The notes beneath the pieces were generated by a model that was not told the origin of the DNA, made no database searches, and saw nothing but the letters and a program-made list of their open reading frames with translations. Below, one piece after another: positions 1 through 7,574 of a stretch of DNA of 64,000 nucleotides. The DNA is taken from assembly GCA_016839585.1 (NCBI GenBank), contig JAEOTZ010000016.1, forward strand, positions 1-64,000, read 5' to 3'. Every line of letters starts with the position of its first letter. Positions within the stretch are counted from its first letter, which is position 1. The position numbers were made by a program, and so were the translations under genes. Source of the DNA: Promethearchaeota archaeon (GTDB lineage Archaea > Asgardarchaeota > Lokiarchaeia > Sigyniarchaeales > SOKP01).

Positions 1-145
1 AGTTGAAATATCAACTTTACAAGCACCTCTCGATTTATTCCTTTTAAAGTTAATCCTTCATTATGAAAAAATTTAATTACTAGTCTTTATTATTTCATTT
101 ACTTATAACCATATAGGAAGGTATTTTTTAATAAAATAACCGTAC

Positions 146-153
146 TTATAAAA
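146..153 (+). promoter_or_regulatory. candidate TATA box for the 5S precursor
   Basis: TTATAAAA about 20-25 nt upstream of the precursor's closing stem (170-178/363-371). Confidence 0.45.
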
Positions 154-204
154 TGGTTAGTATACTTTAATACCACATAATCAGCTGCTAGCTAAGCGCC
201 GGAA

Positions 205-355
205 GTTAAACTCGTTTACGTTGTCCAATAGTACTGCTGTTCTTATCAGTGGGAAATGGCAAATTGTGAGTTCGCTCACGGTCATGATACTCGAGGAAAA
301 TACCCGGTCCCATCCGAAAAACCAACTGTTTTCGAGGTGGTTCGGGAACCCGGAA
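205..355 (+). rRNA. rrf: 5S rRNA, circularly permuted and intron-containing (3' half 205-270, UUCG linker 271-274, 5' half 275-318, intron 319-348, micro-exon 349-355)
   Basis: Order 275-318 + 349-355 + 205-270 gives a 117-nt 5S with helix I (263-270/275-282), conserved ACCCGGTCCCATCCGAACCCGGAAGTTAA, loop E AGTA/GAA, helix IV CTGCTG/CAGTGG and helix V; two BHB-like motifs sit at the junctions. Confidence 0.9.
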
Positions 356-482
356 ACGTTCCATGTGGTATGCGGTATACCAATGTATGTATTAAAAGGA
401 TAGATTTCGTTAATTTGTTGATTTCCTCAAAAATGAATCTATCATAGATCATAGAAAATATAATACATAGTACATAGTATAT

Positions 483-509
483 GAAAGAGATAAGATATCT
501 CTTTCTTTT
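483..509 (+). terminator. hairpin plus T-run, candidate terminator of the 5S precursor
   Basis: GAAAGAGATA-aga-TATCTCTTTC perfect 10-bp stem followed by TTTT. Confidence 0.45.
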
Positions 510-576
510 ACTTATCTAAAAATAATTTTTTTAAATCATTTATTATATCAATATATATTGTAGAATTATTCTTTAT

Positions 577-1134
577 TTGATAATATTCATGCCAAAAAAA
601 TACATAGTTATTTTTAAGACAATTGGGAGACACTGGTTTTGGATTCTTGTATTAATAATTATCATTTTATCTATATATAGACAATATATAGCTGCTATAG
701 TATTAAGTGTGATTTTTCTTGTTTTTTTTCTTTTATCGTATATTCCAGCTTTATTTTTCAAAAATAGATTAAAAAGACTCATGAAAAAGTATTATAGAAT
801 TGAAGATACTATAGTTGCTAAAAAGTTAAAGAAAAAAATTAATAAAATCAGAGAGGAGATGTTTGATATGTCGCAAAAACAGGAGAAGAAAAATTGGCTA
901 ATCACTTTTCTAAATAAGCAGTATATATATTATCATGAACAGACAATAACTAAATTTATGGAACTTTACAATAAAGGTTTTAGTGAAAAAGAAATCTTTG
1001 AAGGATTACAAGATTTTGAACTAAAAACGAGGGTAGAAGTTAAAAGTATTACAGAGAGTCTGATAAAACTTAACAAACTTAGTGAAAGAGATGTTTCAGT
1101 GAAAGAACATAAAAAAAAACAGAGATTTGCTTAA
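577..1134 (+). CDS. hypothetical membrane protein (2 N-terminal TM helices)
   Basis: 185 aa ORF, hydrophobic N-terminus, basic soluble C-domain. Confidence 0.75.
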   Translation: MIIFMPKKYIVIFKTIGRHWFWILVLIIIILSIYRQYIAAIVLSVIFLVFFLLSYIPALFFKNRLKRLMKKYYRIEDTIVAKKLKKKINKIREEMFDMSQKQEKKNWLITFLNKQYIYYHEQTITKFMELYNKGFSEKEIFEGLQDFELKTRVEVKSITESLIKLNKLSERDVSVKEHKKKQRFA

Positions 1135-1231
1135 TTCAAGATTTTTTCTCATTATTTATCTTCTTCTTTTCCTTTTAACTAATAATTGAAATAAAAAAAA
1201 TTTAAAAAAAAGAGTAAATAAAATTTTAAAA

Positions 1232-1525
1232 TTATTCTATATCTCCAAAGTTCAAATTAAAATTAAAATATTTCCTAACTGGCTTTTTTACATTCCATAC
1301 ACAGTTTAAGCCTTTTTCGAATTGGACTAGATCGCCTTTTTTGAATTCTATCTTATCTCCAGTCTCAGAATCGGTAACTTCTACTTCTCCATCTAGTATA
1401 TAGCAAGTTTCAGTATCACCATAAGACCAATCAAATTCGCTTACTTCTTTACTCCAAGTCCCCCAAGATTTAATCTTAAGTTTTTCTAGTTGCTCTTCAG
1501 ATGGCACTTTCTTTTTCATTTTCAT
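1232..1525 (-). CDS. cupin domain protein (DUF861/EutQ-like)
   Basis: W-x-Y-x3-ETCYILDGEVEV...GDLVQFEKG...W motif. Confidence 0.88.
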   Translation of the reverse strand: MKMKKKVPSEEQLEKLKIKSWGTWSKEVSEFDWSYGDTETCYILDGEVEVTDSETGDKIEFKKGDLVQFEKGLNCVWNVKKPVRKYFNFNLNFGDIE

Positions 1526-1846
1526 TTTTATCGCACCAAATCTAAAAATTAAATTTTATTTTTCAAATAATGAACTGAGAGAAAATATTATGTGAAGATT
1601 AAAAAAGTTTATTTTGAAATTGTTTTATTAATGATGTATAATTGAAAAAACAAAAAAATCAAAAATAAAAAATTATTAATTTACTAAATTTATCTTAAAA
1701 ATATCTTAAGCAATCTCAAAATTAAGAATATAAATTTATCAAAAAATTATAGAAATAAAAATTTCTAATGGGTCAGTCCTGACACTTTATAAATCAACCA
1801 AGGTCATTTAAAATTAAATTGGATCAACCAATTATGTGATAATATC

Positions 1847-2368
1847 GTGGCAAAAAAGTTCATTCTAAAGATCCTCACAGCTGGAGAAGGAGGGGTTGGA
1901 AAAACTACGTTACTTCATAGATATGTAGAAGGAAAATTCTCAGCAGAGACTAAAATGACGATAGGTGTTGAATTTTTCCTCAAAGAGACTATGATCGATG
2001 CCAAGCAATGCACATTACAGCTTTGGGATTTTGGAGGTCAAGAGCGTTTTAGGTTTCTTCTTGAAAGCTATGTATTAGGTGCAAAAGGAGCACTCCTCAT
2101 GTTTGACCTCACGAGACCAATTACTTTAGAGAATCTTGAACAATGGGTTAATATTGTTAGAAAAGGTGACCCCAATTTACCTATTCTTTTTTTAGGAACT
2201 AAGCTTGATTTAGAAGATGATATCCAAGTAAACGATAATTATGCAAAGAAATTTTTAGAAGTATATAATTTGATGGATTATCTTAAGATATCTTCTAAAA
2301 CAGGTGAAAATGTTAAGAATGTTTTTGATGTATTAACAAGAAAAATATTAGAGCGGCAAGTCTATTGA
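1847..2368 (+). CDS. Rab/Ras-like small GTPase
   Basis: GEGGVGKT, TIG, WDFGGQ, TKLD, SSK motifs; no prenylation motif. Confidence 0.95.
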   Translation: MAKKFILKILTAGEGGVGKTTLLHRYVEGKFSAETKMTIGVEFFLKETMIDAKQCTLQLWDFGGQERFRFLLESYVLGAKGALLMFDLTRPITLENLEQWVNIVRKGDPNLPILFLGTKLDLEDDIQVNDNYAKKFLEVYNLMDYLKISSKTGENVKNVFDVLTRKILERQVY

Positions 2369-2808
2369 GATCTAAACATAATTTAATTATTTTAGATTCC
2401 AATTTCATTCTTCTTCCTTTTCAATTTAAAGTTGACTATCTTAATGAGATTAGATTAAATTTAGAAGGAGAGGTAGAATTTATAATATTCAAACAAATTC
2501 TAAATGAACTTGAAGCAAAACAAGCTAGAGAACCTAATGCAACAAAATTTCAAAGAGAATTAAAATCAGGATTGTCCTATTTGGAAAAGAATAGAAATAA
2601 ATTTGACATTACCTTTCTAGATGAAACCAAAAAGGCAATTGAAACTACTGATGAATTTTTACTGAGGAAAGCAATTGAGTTAAAAGTTGAAAATAATCTT
2701 ATCTTTCTAGCAACAAACGATTCTATATTGCGAAAAAAAGCAAGAGATTTTGGATTAAAAACCATATTTTTAAGACAAAAAAAATATTTATCCTTTGAAA
2801 GACATTAA
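2365..2808 (+). CDS. PIN-domain ribonuclease, Fcf1/Utp24-like
   Basis: IILDSNF...NELE...TDEFLL...LATNDSILRKKA PIN acidic motifs; start overlaps GTPase stop (TTGA). Confidence 0.85.
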   Translation: MRSKHNLIILDSNFILLPFQFKVDYLNEIRLNLEGEVEFIIFKQILNELEAKQAREPNATKFQRELKSGLSYLEKNRNKFDITFLDETKKAIETTDEFLLRKAIELKVENNLIFLATNDSILRKKARDFGLKTIFLRQKKYLSFERH

Positions 2809-2862
2809 AAAATTTATTACTTTATTATTTTTCACTAATTATAACGATTATTTTTATAAGAT

Positions 2863-3399
2863 ATGAGTAAAAGTGCTAATGAAATGATCAAATCGAGAGT
2901 ACTGAAGGTTATAATCGCTGGTGATGGCGGAGTTGGGAAAACTACTATGCTGCACAGATATATTAAGGGTAAATTTATAGAAGGGCTATATATGACGATT
3001 GGTGTTGAATTTTTTCTCAAAGAATTAGAATTAGAGGGAGAAAAGGTATCGCTGCAAATCTGGGATTTCGGAGGTCAAGAACGTTTTCGATTTCTTCTTA
3101 AAAATTATGCTAGAGGTGCAAAAGGAGCACTTTTAATGTTTGATCTCACCCGGCCAGGTACATTAGAAAATTTAGATCAATGGGTGGAGATTTGTAGAGA
3201 TGAAAATCCAGAATTACCTATAATCTTTTTAGGGACTAAATTAGATTTATTTAATTTAATTATTGTTAAAGATGAATTTACTTTACCTTATAAAGAGAAA
3301 TATAATTTATTTGATTTTTTAAAAATATCATCTAAAACAGGGGAGAATGTCGAATTAGCCTTTGAATTACTAGCAAAAGAGATTATGAAAGGTCTTTAA
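2863..3399 (+). CDS. Rab/Ras-like small GTPase (paralog of 1847..2368)
   Basis: GDGGVGKT, WDFGGQ, TKLD, SSK. Confidence 0.95.
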   Translation: MSKSANEMIKSRVLKVIIAGDGGVGKTTMLHRYIKGKFIEGLYMTIGVEFFLKELELEGEKVSLQIWDFGGQERFRFLLKNYARGAKGALLMFDLTRPGTLENLDQWVEICRDENPELPIIFLGTKLDLFNLIIVKDEFTLPYKEKYNLFDFLKISSKTGENVELAFELLAKEIMKGL

Positions 3400-3427
3400 G
3401 AAATTATAATTAAATCTTTTAGTTTAA

Positions 3428-4642
3428 TTAAATTCTATTCATTACAATATTCTTGATATTCTCTTTACTTAAGCTAACGGGGTTATTCTTTAACCCTGCA
3501 TTTTCTACGATTTTATCAACATCATCTTTTTCTATACCAAATTTACCTAATGTGTCAAGTTTTAATATTTGAGTCCAACTATCTAGTGTTTCAATTAATA
3601 CAGAACAATATTTATCAATTTGTCCTTCTCCTTTAAGTTTATCATCGATTAATAATGCTCCAATTTCAGCATGTTTTTTTAATGCTCTTTTTCCAGCTGG
3701 ACCTTGTTCCTCTAACACTTTTATATTCATTTTAGTTGCTTCAGCTAATAGCGTTCCACATACAACACCATGTGGGATTTTGAATTCTCCCCCAATTGAA
3801 GACGCTAATCCATGGACGACCCCTAATCCCGCATTCGCAAGTGTTATCCCAGACATAAGGGCCCCGTATGCCATAGAAGTACGAACCTCAATATTGGAAG
3901 CCCCACTGGAACACGCAGGTATAATATTTCTACTTATATATTCCATTCCACTAAAAGCTAGTGCGTCAGTTATTGGATTTCCTTTTGGTGAAACATATGC
4001 TTCAAGTAATTGTGTAAAGGCATCCATACCGCAGGCTGCTGTAATTGACGTTGGACAAGAGATCATAAGTTCAGGATCAATTATAGCTACGTTTGGTATT
4101 AAATTGTCATGACGAAGTGATTTTTTAAACCCATTAGGCCCCACTTCACTAATTACCGCATTTTTTGTGGCCTCACTTCCAGTTCCAGATGTTGTTGGAA
4201 TTGCAATATATGGAATTTTTTTACCATCATGAGTCTTATTACCAATACCTTCAAGATAATTCTTAATTGAATCAGGTTTAGGAATCATAGCAGAAATCGC
4301 TTTCCCAGCATCAGTTACGCTCCCTCCACCTATTCCAACGACTAAATCAATATTTTTACTTCTAAATTCTTGAGCACATTCATCTATAAGAGCTGGAGAT
4401 GGTTCACTAGAAACTGAAATTGAAAAAAAGTTTATTGATTTATCTTCCAATATAGAAATAATCTCATCCCATTTGCCATATCGTTTAAGGGAACTTCCAC
4501 CTACTGCAATAAGTATATTATTTCCAAATTTCGGAAAAATTTTGTAAAGCTCTCTTAATTTTCCAGCACCAAAAATTATATGTGGAATTCTCGCAAAATT
4601 AAATGACTGTATCATAACGTTTATCACTACCCTTTCAATCAA
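3428..4642 (-). CDS. iron-containing alcohol dehydrogenase
   Basis: GGGSVTDAGK, PTTSGTGSE, GVVHGLA...PHG; likely true start ATG at 4615. Confidence 0.93.
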   Translation of the reverse strand: MIERVVINVMIQSFNFARIPHIIFGAGKLRELYKIFPKFGNNILIAVGGSSLKRYGKWDEIISILEDKSINFFSISVSSEPSPALIDECAQEFRSKNIDLVVGIGGGSVTDAGKAISAMIPKPDSIKNYLEGIGNKTHDGKKIPYIAIPTTSGTGSEATKNAVISEVGPNGFKKSLRHDNLIPNVAIIDPELMISCPTSITAACGMDAFTQLLEAYVSPKGNPITDALAFSGMEYISRNIIPACSSGASNIEVRTSMAYGALMSGITLANAGLGVVHGLASSIGGEFKIPHGVVCGTLLAEATKMNIKVLEEQGPAGKRALKKHAEIGALLIDDKLKGEGQIDKYCSVLIETLDSWTQILKLDTLGKFGIEKDDVDKIVENAGLKNNPVSLSKENIKNIVMNRI

Positions 4643-4796
4643 TTCATAAAATCTGTAATATTTATATTAAATTAACATAAATAAAAATGCATTATGATTA
4701 ATTTAGATTTCAAACCATTAAATTTTTTATAATAAGATTTATAATTTAATTTAAATAATTCGATTTATAATATATTAAAACCGTAGGTGATTTGCA

Positions 4797-5132
4797 ATTA
4801 GAAAAGTTCATGAAAGAGATTTTGAATATAGAGGAGGAACCTCAGGTGTTAAATACTTACTGCGTGGACCTAGTATTGATTGGGGAATAATTCTACTCAA
4901 ACCTGGTGAAATGATGGGTGATATGGCTCATGGTCATAATATAATAGATGAAACATTTTATTTCATGGAAGGGGATGGTATAATGATAATAGATGATAAG
5001 GAATATCCCGCCCCTCAGGGAAGTGCATTTTTATGTGAACCAAAAGAAATGCATAATATAAGAAACGACTCAGATAAACAACTCAAAATTGTGTTTATCA
5101 AAGGCGATTACAAACCCGATGATAAGATTTAA
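4797..5132 (+). CDS. cupin domain protein (probable ATT start at 4797; first ATG at 4911)
   Basis: H-x-H...ETFYFMEG...HNI cupin motif; frame open upstream to TGA 4788, reading IRKVHERDFEYRGGTSGVKYLLRGP; SD AGGTGA 4785-4790. Confidence 0.8.
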   Translation: MRKVHERDFEYRGGTSGVKYLLRGPSIDWGIILLKPGEMMGDMAHGHNIIDETFYFMEGDGIMIIDDKEYPAPQGSAFLCEPKEMHNIRNDSDKQLKIVFIKGDYKPDDKI

Positions 5133-5176
5133 GTTTTAGCAAAAGTTCACTAATTAAAGAGAATTAGGTAAATTAT

Positions 5177-5560
5177 ATGGGAAAAAAGAAAAAACAGCCA
5201 AAAAAAGGACGTAGAGGGTACTCTACTGAAGTGCCAGTAGTTACCAGAGTTAAATTCCCAAATAAGCGGATGGGAGAAATGTTTGGGAGAGTGGTAGATA
5301 TTTATGGAAATGACCGAATGCAGGTTTTTTGTGAAGATGGGAAACATCGTATTGGCAGGATAAGAGGAAAAATAAAGAAGAGGGTGTGGATTAGACGTGG
5401 TGACCTTGTTATTGTAAATCCGTGGGAATGGGAAACAGAGACCAAAGATGGGATGGGTAAATGTGAAATTAGCTGGAGATATATGAGGCATGAAATTTCT
5501 TGGCTTGAACGCAATAAAAGAATTCCAGAAAATTTAAGTATAAATAATATTCCTCTTTAA
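5177..5560 (+). CDS. eif1a: translation initiation factor aIF-1A
   Basis: GRIRGKIKKRVWIRRGDLVIVNPWEW signature. Confidence 0.95.
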   Translation: MGKKKKQPKKGRRGYSTEVPVVTRVKFPNKRMGEMFGRVVDIYGNDRMQVFCEDGKHRIGRIRGKIKKRVWIRRGDLVIVNPWEWETETKDGMGKCEISWRYMRHEISWLERNKRIPENLSINNIPL

Positions 5561-5727
5561 TGGATGCTTAAATAATTAAAGTTACATTTATTATTGAGGA
5601 TTGAAATGGATTTTTCTAGTTCTCTTTAAAAAGCAAAATTTTAAAATTTATTAATTCCTTACTATTTTAGACTTTTTTTTCTAAATAATTAAAAAATCCT
5701 AAATTCAAATAAGATTCGTGAAAAGCA

Positions 5728-6486
5728 ATGGTAGACCAAGAAGAAAATTCAAAAGAAAAAGAAATTAAAGAAAGTGGTTTAGATGATATTTTTAGTGTAG
5801 AGGATATTAAGGAAAAGGAAGATTTAACAACTCTATTTGCTGTTAGAACAACTATTAATCAAGAAAGTAACATCTTAAACCAAATTTTCTATCGGTTTAA
5901 GATTCTTGATGTAATTCCTGATATAAGAGCAATTCTTGTATCTCCTCTATTACCGGGTTATATATTTTTTGAAGCACCAACTAAGAGGCAAGTGCAAATA
6001 GCAGTTCAAGGGATTCCACATATTAAAGGGAGAATAGTACAGAATATCAAGCTTAGTGAACTTAAGCATGTATTATTACCTAGAAGTGTGACAGAATATT
6101 TAGAGGAAGGAGATACAGTTGAAATTATAAGTGGTGTCTTTGAAGGATCAAGAGCACTAGTTATGCGGATGCCACATGACACAAGTTCCAGTGAAGAAGT
6201 CGTAGTAAGGTTATTACAAGAGGAAACTCCAATTACAATTAAAATTCATGGCGACTATTTAAAGTTAGTAGAAAAGAAGAAACCAGTAGAAGAACCGATA
6301 CCCGAAGTGAAAGTTACAGAGCAATCAGTAACAGATATAGAGAAAGCAATAAGTTTCGAAGATGATTTTGAGGAGTTTGAAGAAGAATATAAAGAAAGTT
6401 ATAAAGGTGAAGAGATTGAAGAACACGCGGAAGACGAGGAAGATATAGATGAAGATGATGAATGGGCAAAATTTGAAGGTTATTAG
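5728..6486 (+). CDS. spt5: transcription elongation factor Spt5/NusG with acidic N- and C-terminal extensions
   Basis: NGN domain (FAVRTT...PGYIFFEA) plus KOW (LEEGDTVEIISGVF). Confidence 0.85.
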   Translation: MVDQEENSKEKEIKESGLDDIFSVEDIKEKEDLTTLFAVRTTINQESNILNQIFYRFKILDVIPDIRAILVSPLLPGYIFFEAPTKRQVQIAVQGIPHIKGRIVQNIKLSELKHVLLPRSVTEYLEEGDTVEIISGVFEGSRALVMRMPHDTSSSEEVVVRLLQEETPITIKIHGDYLKLVEKKKPVEEPIPEVKVTEQSVTDIEKAISFEDDFEEFEEEYKESYKGEEIEEHAEDEEDIDEDDEWAKFEGY

Positions 6487-6697
6487 ATCATAGAATTAAA
6501 GAATCTAATTAATATATTCATGTTTATTATTTTTTTGTCAATGAAGAAAATTATTTCGTTAAGTTAATAGAAAATTTATTTATATTTGTTGAGTTCACAC
6601 TAAGTAATTAAATCATACAAGAATTTTTATAGATTAAATATTATTTTAAATAATAAGGTATTGAATAATTATACTTACTAAATCAGTTTTGACCTAA

Positions 6698-7450
6698 ATG
6701 ATTAAGAATATCTTCATAATGAAAGGTAATACTGGTGAATTAATTTTCTATAAAACTTATGAAGATATTTTTAACATTAAATTAACAAGCAGTTTCTTGA
6801 GTGCAATTTTCTCATTTGTAAAGCAAACATTAAAAACTGAAGATTTATCTGAAATTGAGGTTGGTCCTTTTAGGTTCATATTCGAAATTGAAAAAATAGA
6901 GAATGATGAATTAATGTTTGCTTTATTCAGTGATCGAACAGATAATTTGGTTGAACTTAGAAATCAGTTAAGGGAAGTAAAAACTCAATTTTTAAACAAA
7001 TTTGATTTAAGTTTACTTACTGACAATTTTGATGGTGAAATTTCTAAATTCTTTAATTTTGATGAAAATATCGTTAGCATTATGGAAAATAGCAAACAAT
7101 TAGTTCCAAAAGAAATTCAAAATGATTTAATCAAAGTTTTTAACGAGTTACATACCTTCTCTTCATTTGTCGTTTCCTCGGCTTTATTAACCCAAACTGG
7201 TAGGGTAATTATCTCCTATTTAGATCCTAATATTCTTTCTGAAATCATTAGGCTTTTAGAGGGCAGATTTCTAGTAGGCAATTTTAAAGTAAATGAACTT
7301 ATATCTTTAGAGGATTTTGGCATTCTTTCATTAGTGGGAATAGATGAACATTTCATTTCTGTTGTTCAATTTAAACCTAATTGTCCATTTGAAACAGGTC
7401 TTATAATATCAAAGAAATTTTCTAATCGTTTGCAAAAATTAATTTCTTAA
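6698..7450 (+). CDS. longin-like plus roadblock-like domain protein
   Basis: N-terminal MIKNIFIM..GELIFYK..LTSSFLSAIFSF longin pattern; C-terminal VVSSALLTQTGRVI roadblock pattern. Confidence 0.6.
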   Translation: MIKNIFIMKGNTGELIFYKTYEDIFNIKLTSSFLSAIFSFVKQTLKTEDLSEIEVGPFRFIFEIEKIENDELMFALFSDRTDNLVELRNQLREVKTQFLNKFDLSLLTDNFDGEISKFFNFDENIVSIMENSKQLVPKEIQNDLIKVFNELHTFSSFVVSSALLTQTGRVIISYLDPNILSEIIRLLEGRFLVGNFKVNELISLEDFGILSLVGIDEHFISVVQFKPNCPFETGLIISKKFSNRLQKLIS

Positions 7451-7574
7451 ATTAAACTTATTAAAACCAGAAATTAGGTTTTAAAAAAAATTAAAAAGTT
7501 AGATTATATTTTCTTAAGTAGATTTAATTGATTTTTAAATTTACAAAATTTAGTGTTAGGGGTAAAAAAAAATA

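Noticed and set aside
1-30. Possible minus-strand gene start (GAGGTG...TTG at 14) and palindrome AGTTGA/TCAACT
   Set aside because: Too little sequence at the window edge to support a call.
199-318. Simpler model: permuted 5S joined directly from 318 to 199, without intron
   Set aside because: No BHB can be drawn for that junction, and it leaves GAACCCGGAA at 346-355 unexplained. The two-BHB model restores consensus at both junctions.
221-447. ORFs 221..403 and 256..447
   Set aside because: Chance ORFs over the GC-richer 5S rRNA precursor; no protein motifs.
376-481. Apparent third BHB in the trailer hairpin (CAA/TAG bulges around TGTA/TACA)
   Set aside because: The bulges lie 5' of the central helix strands, the wrong polarity for a + strand substrate.
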